A stretch of DNA of 64,000 nucleotides from an uncultured archaeon (GCA_964587725.1 CAZPLO010000001.1:96001-160000); one strand, 5' to 3'. Counted from the first letter of the stretch, positions 40,300 to 51,127 are shown. Notes: generated by a model from the sequence alone, not told the origin. Translations and numbers: made by a program.

Positions 40300-42402
40300 A
40301 TGAACTTAGCCGCATCCACCCTGCTGCTGGCGCTGTCTGCGTTGAGCGGCACAGTGTATATCCTGCTGCCGGGCCTGCTGGTATTGAACCGGCTGAAACT
40401 AGTCGACGGAAAAAACAGCCTCACCGAAATCCTGGCGTCGTCTGTAGCATGCGGCACCCTCATAGCAGTCCACATCACATTGGGGCTGACTTTTTCGGGA
40501 CTGTTCACACAGGCGGCGGTGCTGGCGTACGGAATCCTCATACTGCTGGCGTTGGCTGTGGAACGCCCGAGACTTTCGTGGGTAAAGATGCCGCGGGTGA
40601 AATCCACCGGCCTGTCATTAGTGTTGATACTGTATCTACTGCCTGTCTTCACCTACCAGATGATATCGCCGGTGGTGGAGAAGGATGTGAGGGAGCTCAC
40701 CCCCGTCCAGCACCTCATAGAAACAGGCCGTTACACTGAGGTGAGCAACCTAGGGCAGGCCATGTACATCACCGTGTTGGCGCTGGTGAACGCGCCCGCC
40801 GACTGGATACCGGCCTACAATTTCGCGTCGGGATTCAACCCCTGGATTGCATTGATAACGTTGGTAGGCGTGTACCTACTGGTTAAAGAGGTATTCAACA
40901 GGGACGTTGCGCTGGCTGCAACAGCACTGTATTACGTGTTCCCCGTGTACAGCAGGGTCATCGACATGCGGCAGAGCATCATGGCCGTCCCGTTCCTCGC
41001 ATTTTCCCTGTATTATTTCACCCGCTACATGAAGACCGGTGATAGGAAGCTACTGGCCCACTCCGCCATCCACCTGGCTGTGTGCTTCGGCGGCCTCACC
41101 ACATTCATCGCGGGAGTGCTGACCTACATTGCGTTGGCGTTTCTGCTGATGCTGTCTGGCAGAGAATGGGAATCAGTTTCTGAAACGTTCTTCCTCACCA
41201 ACGCCCTGCTGCTGTTCATCGCCCCGTTCGCGATTGAGACGCAGTTCCACACCACATGGGTTAAGGGGTTCATGCTGGCCTTGGCTTCGGCGATTGCGTT
41301 GTTGGCTGTCAGGAAGACGGGATTCCGTTTATCCGCGAGGGCGGCGAAGAAACACGCCGCCGCGATTTTGCTCGTTCTCTCCGTCCTGTCGCTTGCATTA
41401 TTCCATCTGCAGGACGAGAGATTAAGCGGGTGGCCGCTGGACGGCAGCGCATCCTTCATAGGCTACAACCTCGGAGCATACCACGTGTTCAGCCTCCTGG
41501 CGTTAGCGGGCGTGATAGTGTTTTTCATGGACGGCTTCAAGGTGGATGCGGGAGTCGCAATGGTTACAGCCTACCTGACACTGCAGGTGATGTTCCTGGC
41601 GTACGCTGTGGCCGGGGTGGAGGTAATACCAGTCCAACACCTGTGGGACGTGGCCAAGGACGCCCTCCTCTATTTCGCGCCCCTAATCTACTGCATGTAC
41701 GCGGCAAACGGGTTGAATGCTATTTTGGAGGCCGTTAACAGGAGGCGTGCGTTGTTCGCCGCAGCCCTGGTTTTGGTCTTAGTCCCGCATCAGCCGTGGA
41801 CTTACGCGTGGGCGCTGGAGCATCCGTTCCAGATTCCTTCACGGGAGTACGTGCACGGCAAAACCCCGTACCCCGGGGGCATACCCCCCGGCACATACTC
41901 TCTGCCGGAGAAGTACGCGTACATGAGCCTCCGCTACAGAAACACATTCAGCCCCGATGGAAGCAGCTTCCCCGTCACCATCTACGGCCAACAGGAGGCT
42001 GAGGTTTTGAATGCGTTGATGGAAGAAGACAGGGGACTGAAGAACCTGTTCTACGCGGAGGCGTACTCCAGCCGGCTGCCGGAAGGCAAAGGCTTCCTGA
42101 GGGACGCGTACGGCGTCGAAAACGATTTCACGCTGTTCTCGGCTATTGAGAAATACACGGGGATACTGCCTTCCAACATCAGCTTCGCCGGGCTGGAAAA
42201 AACATACGACGGAACACCGGAGGAGAGAACGGCGGTTGTCGACGAGAACAGCATCGGGTGGGTGGTCCACGGCCCCCTGGAGGAGCGCGTGTTCCCCGGC
42301 AGCCGGCGGAAACTGGAATCCGACGACAGCCTGAATGCGGTGGTTGAAACAGAAGACTACGTCGTGTACAGGACGCAGGTATTATATGGTGTTTCACAGT
42401 AG
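40300..42402 (+). CDS. Large polytopic membrane protein, probable GT-C glycosyltransferase
   Basis: More than ten TM segments plus soluble C-terminal domain; context of DPM-like GT2 and flippase pair. Confidence 0.6.
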   Translation: MNLAASTLLLALSALSGTVYILLPGLLVLNRLKLVDGKNSLTEILASSVACGTLIAVHITLGLTFSGLFTQAAVLAYGILILLALAVERPRLSWVKMPRVKSTGLSLVLILYLLPVFTYQMISPVVEKDVRELTPVQHLIETGRYTEVSNLGQAMYITVLALVNAPADWIPAYNFASGFNPWIALITLVGVYLLVKEVFNRDVALAATALYYVFPVYSRVIDMRQSIMAVPFLAFSLYYFTRYMKTGDRKLLAHSAIHLAVCFGGLTTFIAGVLTYIALAFLLMLSGREWESVSETFFLTNALLLFIAPFAIETQFHTTWVKGFMLALASAIALLAVRKTGFRLSARAAKKHAAAILLVLSVLSLALFHLQDERLSGWPLDGSASFIGYNLGAYHVFSLLALAGVIVFFMDGFKVDAGVAMVTAYLTLQVMFLAYAVAGVEVIPVQHLWDVAKDALLYFAPLIYCMYAANGLNAILEAVNRRRALFAAALVLVLVPHQPWTYAWALEHPFQIPSREYVHGKTPYPGGIPPGTYSLPEKYAYMSLRYRNTFSPDGSSFPVTIYGQQEAEVLNALMEEDRGLKNLFYAEAYSSRLPEGKGFLRDAYGVENDFTLFSAIEKYTGILPSNISFAGLEKTYDGTPEERTAVVDENSIGWVVHGPLEERVFPGSRRKLESDDSLNAVVETEDYVVYRTQVLYGVSQ

Positions 42403-42408
42403 GTTAAG

Positions 42409-43332
42409 ATGAAGGTTCTCGTGACAGGCGGCGCAGGATTTATAGGCAGCCACGTATGCGAACGGTTGCTTGAAGACGGACACTCCGTAACCTGCCTGGA
42501 CAACTTCGACGACTACTACAGCCCCGACGTCAAAAGAGGTAACGTGGCCGACCTAGACGTCGAAGTCGTCGACTCGGATTTGAGGGACGCCGTAGTGGTG
42601 AAGGCCACGGTGGACGACGCGGCACCGGATTACATAATACACGAGGCTGCGCAGGCAGGCGTCAGGGCGTCGGTGAAGGACCCCGTTAAAACAGCGGACG
42701 TTAACGTCGGCGGAACAGTGAATCTGCTGGAGGCCGCGAAAAACTCGGGGGCGAAGAAGATTGTGTTCGCGTCGTCTTCTTCCGTTTACGGAAAAATCGA
42801 GTATCTGCCGTTCGACGAAAAACACCCCCTGAAGCCGATTTCGCCGTACGGGGTCAGCAAGGCTGCGGTTGAAGACTATTTCAGGGTTTACCGCGAACTC
42901 TACGGGATGGAATACGTGGGACTCCGTTACTTCACAGTCTACGGACCCAGAATAAGGCCTGACCTGGCGATGGCGAAGTTCACGCGAGCAGCAGCCGCAG
43001 ACAAAACCCTGGAAGTCTACGGAGACGGCAGCAAGAGCAGAGACTTCACCTACGTGTCGGACGCGGTGGACGCGACCGTGAAGGCCCTGGAAAAAGGCAA
43101 CGGCATATACAATATTGGAGGGGGCAGCCGGCTGACTGTTAAGGAGCTGGCTGAGAAGATAATATCCGAGGTAGGGTCGGGGAGGATAGAGTACGTCGAA
43201 GACCAGCGCGGGGACGTCCAACATACGGAATCGGACACGTCGAAGGCGCGGAAGGAACTGGGGTGGAAGCCCCGGACGGGATTCGACGAAGGCCTTAAGG
43301 AGACTGTGGATTGGGTGCTGAATCACTTGTAG
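42409..43332 (+). CDS. NAD-dependent nucleotide-sugar epimerase/dehydratase
   Basis: [35 protein letters not shown]. Confidence 0.93.
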   Translation: MKVLVTGGAGFIGSHVCERLLEDGHSVTCLDNFDDYYSPDVKRGNVADLDVEVVDSDLRDAVVVKATVDDAAPDYIIHEAAQAGVRASVKDPVKTADVNVGGTVNLLEAAKNSGAKKIVFASSSSVYGKIEYLPFDEKHPLKPISPYGVSKAAVEDYFRVYRELYGMEYVGLRYFTVYGPRIRPDLAMAKFTRAAAADKTLEVYGDGSKSRDFTYVSDAVDATVKALEKGNGIYNIGGGSRLTVKELAEKIISEVGSGRIEYVEDQRGDVQHTESDTSKARKELGWKPRTGFDEGLKETVDWVLNHL

Positions 43333-44333
43333 GTCATGAACCCGCCCTTGAATACGCGGTAAAGCAGGTTCTCCATGAAGCCTGCGGAGAATACAAGGTG
43401 CTCCACCAACGTCACAGCCACGAACACCGGATAGATTACGCACTCATCCCGTTTCAGAATCTTCAACCCCAGGAGGAAGCGGAACACCAGGGGCGCAGAC
43501 AGGAAGGCCGCGGCCAAGACGCTGAATGGGAGGGTAGACAGAGCCGCCGGCATCAGCAGCGGGAACAGCTTCAACGCGTGAACCGGCCTCTTCAGGTTAA
43601 ACCACACACTCCTCCCGTAATAACGCTGCTGTTTGAGCCGTCGGACGAATGTGGCGTACATCCCCCAATGGTATATGAAGTCGGGGTCGTATACGAGCTT
43701 GTAGTCTCTCTCCATTATCAGCTTGGACGCAATCTTTTCGAAGCGGTGCTCCTCCCCCACACCCAGGTCGACTGGGGGGTTCACCTCCAGGTAGAATCTT
43801 TTACGCATCAGCGCGTGGCTCCAGGGAACCACATTCACATCCGACGAGTCCCTTGAAAACACGGTCACATTCTGAGACTGCTCCCCTATTCTGGTGCGGA
43901 AGAACAAATCGTGTGTGTATACCGCCAGGCGGTCGTGTATCCTCTGAATCCTGGACATAAGGTTGTCGCCTTCCAACACTATGCGGGGCACCACCTGCAC
44001 GACCTTTGGGTCTCTGAAGTAGTGGAGGAACGGCTGGGAGTCTTCAACCCACGAGTCCGCGCCCACCAGCTGGATAAACTCTCCCTTGGCTTCGCGTGCT
44101 CCGCGGTCCCACGACGAAGCGGCGCCCCTGGCCTCGTCGTTCCTGTACACTGTCACCGGCAGCTTGGACAGTATCTCCGGCGTCCCATCTGTGGATGCGT
44201 CGTCCACCACCACCAACTCTATGTTTGGGGAATGAGGCATCCTGGATATGCAGCCCCGGATGTCCTCTTCCTCGTTGCGCGCCGCAACAACAACAGACAC
44301 GTCAACGCTGTTTGAATCTTTTTCGCGCTTCAT
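43323..44333 (-). CDS. GT2 glycosyltransferase
   Basis: VVAARNEE, VDDASTDGT, QQRYY, C-terminal TM segments. Confidence 0.85.
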   Translation of the reverse strand: MKREKDSNSVDVSVVVAARNEEEDIRGCISRMPHSPNIELVVVDDASTDGTPEILSKLPVTVYRNDEARGAASSWDRGAREAKGEFIQLVGADSWVEDSQPFLHYFRDPKVVQVVPRIVLEGDNLMSRIQRIHDRLAVYTHDLFFRTRIGEQSQNVTVFSRDSSDVNVVPWSHALMRKRFYLEVNPPVDLGVGEEHRFEKIASKLIMERDYKLVYDPDFIYHWGMYATFVRRLKQQRYYGRSVWFNLKRPVHALKLFPLLMPAALSTLPFSVLAAAFLSAPLVFRFLLGLKILKRDECVIYPVFVAVTLVEHLVFSAGFMENLLYRVFKGGFMTYK

Positions 44334-45486
44334 CGTATAGGGATAAGATATTGTCTATGTGCGTGTCCATGCCGTATCTCTCCTCCGCCCGCAGCCGCGC
44401 AGCATGTGACATCTCGTTCAACCTGCCTGGGTCCAACAGCAGATTATTCAATGCGTCAGCCAATGCCGCAGGGTCGCCGGGCGGAACCAGCAACCCTGTG
44501 ACGCCGTCTTCAACCAAATCCGGTATGCCTCCGACCTTCGACGCCACCACCGGCCTGGCGGACGCCATCGCCTCATAGACCACCATGGGCGAGTTCTCTG
44601 GTATTAGCGACGGCACGCACACTATGTCGGAGGAACGATACAGTTCCTTCAGTTCCCGGGGAAACTGCTGCCCCAGAAACCCCATCCCCTCCACCCCCGC
44701 AGCCTTATCCTTCAGCGCCTGTTCGTCCGGGCCGGCGCCCGCCACCAGCAGCCCCACTCCATGCATGCTACTCACAGCCTCGATGAGACAACCCAAACCC
44801 TTGTTCAACATCAGCCGGCCCGCATACAACACACGTCTGTTTTGGGGTGGCGGCGTACGCGCGTACCCTTCAAGAGATATACCGTGGGGCACATACTCTG
44901 CGCCCACACCCAAAGACGAATCAAGAAGGTCTTTCATGAACGTGCTCGGCGCAACCAACGCATCCACCAACGGCATGTTGGCTCTGGCCGCATAATTCCT
45001 CAGCTTCTGGTACGCGAACATCCACGGGCTGACGCATCCTCCGGCGGCGCATGCGAACGAGTACTTGCGTTCCGGCGGACACGGCACCATTCCCTTGGCT
45101 AGTTTGCCTTGGCTGCATTCGAAGCGGCAGTCGTGGACGGTCATCACCGTCGGAACCCTGCCTGCGGCGCCCCTCAGCGCGGCGGTGGACAGGCGGGAGA
45201 ACACGCTGTTGAAGTGCACCACATCCGGTTCCTCCGACACCACCAGCTTTTTTATCGCGCGCCCGGCCCGTATGCTCCACAGCCTGGACAGCGCGAACCT
45301 GAAGTCCAGGGGATACGGGTCGATGAACGTGTGGTGCCAGGGAAGGTTCTCCGCACCTCTGCCGTCGGAGCTGCCCGCAGACAACACCTCCACCCCCCGT
45401 TTCAGCAGGTGGCTGCAGAGGTTGAGTGTGTAGGATTCTGCGCCGCCGACGGCGTGGAAGTGGTCGTTGACTACCAGGACCTTCAT
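44302..45486 (-). CDS. GT4 glycosyltransferase
   Basis: GGAE, GRL..NKG, ENSPMVVYEAMA, GGIPD. Confidence 0.9.
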   Translation of the reverse strand: MKVLVVNDHFHAVGGAESYTLNLCSHLLKRGVEVLSAGSSDGRGAENLPWHHTFIDPYPLDFRFALSRLWSIRAGRAIKKLVVSEEPDVVHFNSVFSRLSTAALRGAAGRVPTVMTVHDCRFECSQGKLAKGMVPCPPERKYSFACAAGGCVSPWMFAYQKLRNYAARANMPLVDALVAPSTFMKDLLDSSLGVGAEYVPHGISLEGYARTPPPQNRRVLYAGRLMLNKGLGCLIEAVSSMHGVGLLVAGAGPDEQALKDKAAGVEGMGFLGQQFPRELKELYRSSDIVCVPSLIPENSPMVVYEAMASARPVVASKVGGIPDLVEDGVTGLLVPPGDPAALADALNNLLLDPGRLNEMSHAARLRAEERYGMDTHIDNILSLYDEARKRFKQR

Positions 45487-45488
45487 TT

Positions 45489-46499
45489 TCAGGCTTCCCA
45501 GGTCTGCAACCCCTCCATGTCGAAGCTGAAGCTGCGGACGTGAGCCCCCATCTCACGGACTTGGTCGGCGACAGCCTCTTCTTTGCCGGACTCGCAGTAG
45601 AGTATCATGTGGCCTCCTCCGCCGGCGCCGCTGATTTTACCTCCCAATGCGCCATTCTTCCTCGCCGCCGCATACACCTTGTCTATGTATTCGTTGCTCA
45701 TCAACGGGCTGAACTTCTTCTTCTCAACCCACCCCTCGTGCAGCAGTTCGCCGAAGCGGTTGAGGTCTCCTTTCCGGAGTGCGCTGTTGGTCTCCTCAGT
45801 CAGCGCCTTCACCTTATGCAGGGCCTCCACCACCTTTTTCTCGCCATCCACATACGATTTCACCTGGTCTGTGATGATGTCGCCTGACTGGCTGCGGTCC
45901 ATCACGTGCACCAGCAGCAGATTCTTCTCCAACTCCAACAAGCTGTTCTTCCTAAGCCGGAGAGTGTTGACGCGGACGAAGTCGTCTCCGCGGAACTCGA
46001 TGAAGTTTAGGCCTCCGAAGACGGACGCGTACTGGTCCTGGCGGCCGCCCTTGTTGCCGAGTTCCTCACGCTCCAGTTTGAACGCGAGCTCCGCGATCTC
46101 GTAGTCGGTCATCCTGTTCTCACGTCTCAGAAAATTGAAGACGCCAATCAGGGAGACGAACGCCGACGCCGACGAACCCAGGCCGCTGCGCGGCGGAATG
46201 TCGCCGCGTAACGTAAGTTTCACGCCCTTGCCGTTGGAGTGCATCTCCTTCACCACCGCAGACAGCAAATCCATTGGGCCGCCGTATTTTATCTTTCCGA
46301 CGCTGTCGAAGGTGACGGGGCCGCCGTGGCTGTCCTTCAGCCACACTTTCCCGTCGTCGCGCATCTCCAGGGACGCCCACGCATACTTGTTTATCGTGGC
46401 AGACACAACACATCCCCCATGCTCTTCAGTGTACGGTGACACGTCCGTGCCGCCTCCGGCGAAACTAATCCTCACCGGCGCCCTGCTCCGCACAACCAT
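45489..46499 (-). CDS. hddA: GHMP kinase, D-glycero-alpha-D-manno-heptose 7-phosphate kinase-like
   Basis: APVRISFAGGGTD, PPRSGLGSS, GGRQDQYA, GGKISGAGGGG. Confidence 0.82.
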   Translation of the reverse strand: MVVRSRAPVRISFAGGGTDVSPYTEEHGGCVVSATINKYAWASLEMRDDGKVWLKDSHGGPVTFDSVGKIKYGGPMDLLSAVVKEMHSNGKGVKLTLRGDIPPRSGLGSSASAFVSLIGVFNFLRRENRMTDYEIAELAFKLEREELGNKGGRQDQYASVFGGLNFIEFRGDDFVRVNTLRLRKNSLLELEKNLLLVHVMDRSQSGDIITDQVKSYVDGEKKVVEALHKVKALTEETNSALRKGDLNRFGELLHEGWVEKKKFSPLMSNEYIDKVYAAARKNGALGGKISGAGGGGHMILYCESGKEEAVADQVREMGAHVRSFSFDMEGLQTWEA

Positions 46500-46507
46500 G
46501 GTAATGT

Positions 46508-47605
46508 TTAGGATGCAGCCGACTTATATACTTCCAGTAGACGCGAGCACACCACATCCCTGGTGAACAGTTCGGACACCCGCTTCCTCGCCCTGGCGGA
46601 CAGTTCAGCCGCCAATTCACTGTCATACAGTATCTTCTCCAACGCCTCCCGCAGGGCGTCGGGATCGCGGGGCTCCACCAATAACCCTGCGTCGCCGACC
46701 ACATAAGGCATGCCGGAGAAATTGGTTGAGATAACGGGTTTCCCGGACGCCATCGCCTCCACCAGCACCAGCCCGAACGCCTCCTGCCGGGTCACAGACG
46801 GCAGCGCAAACACGTCACACGCGGCATAGTACTCGGGCAGCCGCTCATCCGACACCCGGCCTGCAAAGACTACGTTAGACGATGCCATAGACTCCAGCCC
46901 AGCCTTCAACGGGCCGTCGCCGACTATAACCAACGTGACATCCTTCAACCCCTCGCACGCCCTAATCAGGTACTCCAAACCCTTGTAGGGTACGAGGCGG
47001 CCGACGAACAACACCATCTTCCCCGACAGAGCCAGTTTCTTCCGCAGCCCAGAGCCATCCACCCCCGAATACCTTCGGGGGTCGACGAAGCTGGAGGCCA
47101 CAATCACTTTGTCCATGAAATATTTCAGCACCGGCGACGACTCCGCGTAGTTCGGCGAAGTCACGAAAACCTTCACAGCCCGTCTCAGGGTAAGCCAGAG
47201 GAAAGGGTAATAGAGCAGCTTGAACACATACTGCAGCAAACCCTCCTTCACAATGTCGGCATGGTATGTGACAAACAAGGGTTTTCTACGGAGCATTGAA
47301 GCCGCGCACGCGAATATGCCGCTGACCGGGTCCGGCAGGTTAACGTCTATGACATCGTATCTTTCACTGAACAGTTGCATCAATATTCCGGGAGCCAGCA
47401 ACGCGTTGAACAGAGTCAGCCAAACGCTGGAACGCCGCACCTCAACGCCGTCGACAACCTCCTCATCCAATGTGTTTTCTTCATGGGAGGTGAGCACCAC
47501 CACCTCCTCTCCGTGACCGACCAGCCACCTTCCCAGCTCGAGAACCCGAGCCTCCAACCCGCCGGCGTAGGGGTGGAAGTGCTTCGACACCATGCACAGA
47601 CGCAT
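46508..47605 (-). CDS. GT4 glycosyltransferase
   Basis: GGLE, VGRLVPYKG, EAFGLVLVEAMA. Confidence 0.92.
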   Translation of the reverse strand: MRLCMVSKHFHPYAGGLEARVLELGRWLVGHGEEVVVLTSHEENTLDEEVVDGVEVRRSSVWLTLFNALLAPGILMQLFSERYDVIDVNLPDPVSGIFACAASMLRRKPLFVTYHADIVKEGLLQYVFKLLYYPFLWLTLRRAVKVFVTSPNYAESSPVLKYFMDKVIVASSFVDPRRYSGVDGSGLRKKLALSGKMVLFVGRLVPYKGLEYLIRACEGLKDVTLVIVGDGPLKAGLESMASSNVVFAGRVSDERLPEYYAACDVFALPSVTRQEAFGLVLVEAMASGKPVISTNFSGMPYVVGDAGLLVEPRDPDALREALEKILYDSELAAELSARARKRVSELFTRDVVCSRLLEVYKSAAS

Positions 47606-48589
47606 CTAGACCACCAAAACATTGGAGACGGAGTAGAGGGCCAGCAGCGCGAACAAAACCTCCAACAGTATTATAGTAGACACTAGTTTCCGCTCGGACA
47701 CTCCGCTGTACATGTTCATCACCAGCCGGCCCAAACCGAACACATCCCGTCTGTCGTCGCACACCAGCCTGCCTTCTTTGAGGCCGCACCAGGAATCCGC
47801 CTTGAACCCGCTGCGGGCCTTCAGGAACAGCTCGACAAAGAAGGGGGCAATCAGTATCACACCCACCTTCTCGATGTTCCCCACTATTACGGAAGAAGCC
47901 ACCACAGCCCCCACGGTGAGGGTGCCGACGTCCCCTATCAACACCTTAGCCGGAAACCAGTTGTATTTCAGGAACGCGAGTAATGCGCCGAGCATAGCCA
48001 GGACTACTACGGCAGCCTCCACGTTTCCTGTGGCGTAGGCGACCACAGCCACTGTAGAACACATCACCGCACCCAACCCGGCCTCCAAACCGTTGAAGCC
48101 CGCGAGCATGTTGGTGGCGTTCGACGCTCCCGTAATAGCCAGCGGCACCAGCACCAGAGCATAGAATACTCCGAAGTCCACCGGCCCCAACAGGGGAACC
48201 TCCATGGTGGTGACACCAGCCTTAACCGCCACCAACGGCAGAGCCGCGAACACCGGAAGCAACGCCTTAACCCGCTGGCTCATCAGGAACAAATCATCTA
48301 TGATGCCGACCAACGCCATCACAACCACAGTCGACAGACACGCCAGCAACAGCGTTAGATTCATCTCAACATGCACGACGTCGAAGGTCGTCAACGCGAT
48401 AGCCAACAGCACACCCACTATGAAGCCGCCCACCACAGCCAACCCACCCATCTCCGGCAACACCACCTCCCCAGGCTTGTTCATGTCCCGGCCCACAATA
48501 CCCGCAGCCCTCAGCCTGCCCATAAGCCACGGAGTAACCGCATAAGTAAAGGCGAACGACGACGCCAACACCCAAAGCAAACCCAACAT
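47606..48589 (-). CDS. MraY/AglH-family polyprenol-phosphate GlcNAc-1-phosphate transferase
   Basis: GRDMNK, PEMGGL, GIIDD, NATNMLAGFNGLE, GDVG. Confidence 0.9.
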   Translation of the reverse strand: MLGLLWVLASSFAFTYAVTPWLMGRLRAAGIVGRDMNKPGEVVLPEMGGLAVVGGFIVGVLLAIALTTFDVVHVEMNLTLLLACLSTVVVMALVGIIDDLFLMSQRVKALLPVFAALPLVAVKAGVTTMEVPLLGPVDFGVFYALVLVPLAITGASNATNMLAGFNGLEAGLGAVMCSTVAVVAYATGNVEAAVVVLAMLGALLAFLKYNWFPAKVLIGDVGTLTVGAVVASSVIVGNIEKVGVILIAPFFVELFLKARSGFKADSWCGLKEGRLVCDDRRDVFGLGRLVMNMYSGVSERKLVSTIILLEVLFALLALYSVSNVLVV

Positions 48590-48682
48590 CACACACCACT
48601 CAAAAAAACATATTATATTCAATAGTTAAATCACCCAACGAAGCAACATATATAAAGAAGGCAGGCCCTATACATATCCCAG

Positions 48683-48870
48683 AACGGCTCGCTCCGTTCA
48701 CACGCGCTGCGAGTGCCCCCTAACGGGGGCACGCACATGAACCTCCCGAAGAGGGGATACAAAAAAATACACACATACAACACGCGGCCGTAGTGTAGGC
48801 ACGGCTTGCTCCGTGCACACGCACGGCGCACATCAGCCCTCATGGGCTGAGTGCACCACAAAAAGGCCGC
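48683..48870 (+). repeat. Two palindromic modules and a tRNA-Gly 5' duplicate
   Basis: GAACGGCTCGCTCCGTTCACACGC at 48683 and GCACGGCTTGCTCCGTGCACACGC at 48799; GCGGCCGTAGTGTAG at 48784-48798 equals tRNA nt 1-15. Confidence 0.82.
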
Positions 48871-48933
48871 GCACACAAACACAAACCAATGAAACCCGAA
48901 CAAACAGGTGGATAAAAAAAACACATACAAAAC

Positions 48934-49007
48934 GCGGCCGTAGTGTAGCCTGGTTATCACTCGAGGTTGCCAATCTTGCGACACGGGTTCGAATCCCGTC
49001 GGCCGCA
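48934..49007 (+). tRNA. tRNA-Gly(GCC)
   Basis: GCGGCCG acceptor, CGAGG-TT-GCC-AA-TCTTG, GGTTCGAATCC. Confidence 0.94.
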
Positions 49008-49029
49008 AACTGTCACGCCCAGTTTACAT

Positions 49030-49218
49030 GCGCAGCGGGTGCCCCCCCACGGGGGCACGCACTAGAGACACGACTCCCGTCAAACACCGACGGGATAAGC
49101 AAGCCCCAGAGGCAATCAGAATCCCGTCGGCCGCATCAGCTCACATCGAAGCAACATCCTGTCACAAACAAGACGGGGTAAGCGAGTCCGCAGGACGAGC
49201 GGAATCCCGTCGGCCGCA
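49030..49218 (+). repeat. Hairpin modules with two copies of the tRNA-Gly 3' end
   Basis: GAATCCCGTCGGCCGCA at 48991, 49119 and 49202. Confidence 0.85.
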
Positions 49219-49277
49219 TCCTATCTTTTTTTCGATGACAGTGTCTTTTTATACTGTGGTTCCAGTAGTTTGGTACG

Positions 49278-50117
49278 ATGAAGACGTTTTGGAAGGTTGC
49301 GCTGACGTTCGCGGTTTTGGCGGTTTTCGTGCTAGTTATCGCGTTCGTTGTGGGTGCGCTGATGAGCGGATTCAATCTCCCGTCAATGGGCGGGGGGGAT
49401 GTGAAGGTCGTGCCAGTTCACGGCCAGATAACGTTGGGGGGATGCCCCAGCGGACTGCTAACCATTCAGCAGTGCGCGCAGGTCGAGGTCATAAAAGATG
49501 AGTTGAGGAAGGCCGATAAAGACCCGCAGGTGAAGGCGATTGTGTTGGACGTGTACTCCGGGGGCGGGAACATCGTGGCGAGCAGGGAGTTGATGCGGGC
49601 CGTCCGCGACACCAAAAAGCCGGTTGTATCTTGGATAGGTGAGGTCGGAGCATCCGGTGCGTATTATGTTGCGTCCGCATCCGACAGGATAGTTGCGGAC
49701 GAAAACAGCATAACCGGAAGCATCGGAGTCATCATGTTCATACAACATTACTATGAACTGTTCGACGAAATCGGGATAAACGTGACCGTGCTGACGGCCG
49801 GGGAGACAAAAGACATAGGAAGCCCCTACCGTCCCATGACCGACGAGGAGCGGCAGGAGCTGCAGGACATGATAAACAAGGTCTACTACACGTTCATGCG
49901 GGATGTCGCAGAAAACAGGGGCCTTGACATGGAGTACGTGAGAAACATTTCGGAGGGGAACATATACCTGGGCAGCGAAGCCGCGGAAATCGGTTTGGTT
50001 GACGAAGTCGGAGGCTTCGACCACGCAGTCGACGTCGCCGCGGAACTCGGCGGCATAACGGGGGAGCCGGGCGTGAGGATGCCGGAGCGCAGGCTCAGGT
50101 GGACCGACCTCCTGTAG
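49278..50117 (+). CDS. sppA: Signal peptide peptidase SppA (S49)
   Basis: N-terminal TM, SGGG, GASGAYY, TGSIGV, GETKD, GLVD. Confidence 0.92.
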   Translation: MKTFWKVALTFAVLAVFVLVIAFVVGALMSGFNLPSMGGGDVKVVPVHGQITLGGCPSGLLTIQQCAQVEVIKDELRKADKDPQVKAIVLDVYSGGGNIVASRELMRAVRDTKKPVVSWIGEVGASGAYYVASASDRIVADENSITGSIGVIMFIQHYYELFDEIGINVTVLTAGETKDIGSPYRPMTDEERQELQDMINKVYYTFMRDVAENRGLDMEYVRNISEGNIYLGSEAAEIGLVDEVGGFDHAVDVAAELGGITGEPGVRMPERRLRWTDLL

Positions 50118-50150
50118 TTTTTAAACGGCCACTGCCTTATGGTAAGAACA

Positions 50151-50351
50151 ATGGGTAGGATTAAGCAGACGTACTTGAAGCGGGTTGCGGAGAAGCTGGT
50201 GAAAGAGTATCCGGACACCTTCACCACCGACTTCCAGGACAACAAGAGAAAGGTGCAGAGCCACACCGACATAACCAGCAAGAGCATCCGCAACAAAATA
50301 GCGGGTTATTTGACCAAGAAGATGAAGCAGAAGGCTAAGGAAGCCTCCTAG
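50151..50351 (+). CDS. rps17e: 30S ribosomal protein S17e
   Basis: MGRIK...FTTDFQDNK...SKSIRNKIAGYLT. Confidence 0.96.
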   Translation: MGRIKQTYLKRVAEKLVKEYPDTFTTDFQDNKRKVQSHTDITSKSIRNKIAGYLTKKMKQKAKEAS

Positions 50352-51127
50352 GTTCTATAGCATTCCTCTTTGAGGACACAGCCCCCGCACTTCTGCGGGA
50401 TACCGTGGGGGCATACGTCGGGGACCACCCCATCCAGGATTTCCTTCACCGAGTCGCGGGCGTATATCACCTGCCTACGGAGTTTCTCCGTGAACAACAC
50501 CGGCTTCCTCTCGGCCGCGCGCGTGTATTCTATGAAACCGTGCGGTATCCTTTCACCGAACCGTTCCTCCAACAGCATCCCGTATCCGCACAGTTGCACC
50601 CGGTCGCCGTCCCAACCGAAGTCGTGTGGGACGCCTGTCTTGATTTCAACCGGCTCCAGAGAGTCGCGGCGCATAATCTTGTCCACACGACCCTTCAACC
50701 CCAGTTCCTCCGACTTGACTGAATACTCAGTACGCCACGGCGTAACATATTCAAGCGCTTTTTCGAAGCCCATGTCCGACACCATAGCATCCAGTTCCAT
50801 GCGGAGACAGTCCAGCTCACGCATCATCTCACCCCTGACAGAAGATATGAATTCACCGTAGGATTCACTCCACCGTTCCGCAAAAATGTAGGGGAGGTCC
50901 TGGAGAACCGCATCCAACTCCGTCTTCATCATGGAGTCGACGTCTTCCACAGACTTCATCTTATTCAGGAGGCGGGCCTGCCGCATAGACAGCTCCCGCC
51001 GGACGGCGTGGCCTACGACGCCGCGGCCCTGCTCCGGCGACTCCGGAACCCTTACCTTCAGGACGTTGGACAGGTAGATGCTGCGGGGACAGTAGACGTA
51101 CCTGTTGAGGTCTGAAACGCGAATCAC
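50348..51127 (-). CDS. Solo Cas4-like PD-(D/E)XK nuclease with Fe-S cysteines
   Basis: YCPR, GRVD, EIKTG, QLCGY, C-terminal CGGC...C. Confidence 0.85.
   Translation of the reverse strand: MIRVSDLNRYVYCPRSIYLSNVLKVRVPESPEQGRGVVGHAVRRELSMRQARLLNKMKSVEDVDSMMKTELDAVLQDLPYIFAERWSESYGEFISSVRGEMMRELDCLRMELDAMVSDMGFEKALEYVTPWRTEYSVKSEELGLKGRVDKIMRRDSLEPVEIKTGVPHDFGWDGDRVQLCGYGMLLEERFGERIPHGFIEYTRAAERKPVLFTEKLRRQVIYARDSVKEILDGVVPDVCPHGIPQKCGGCVLKEECYRT

Noticed and set aside
48991-49218. CRISPR-like array
   Set aside because: Repeat is only 17 bp and equals a tRNA 3' end; spacers are 111 and 66 bp and related to each other; no cas1/cas2
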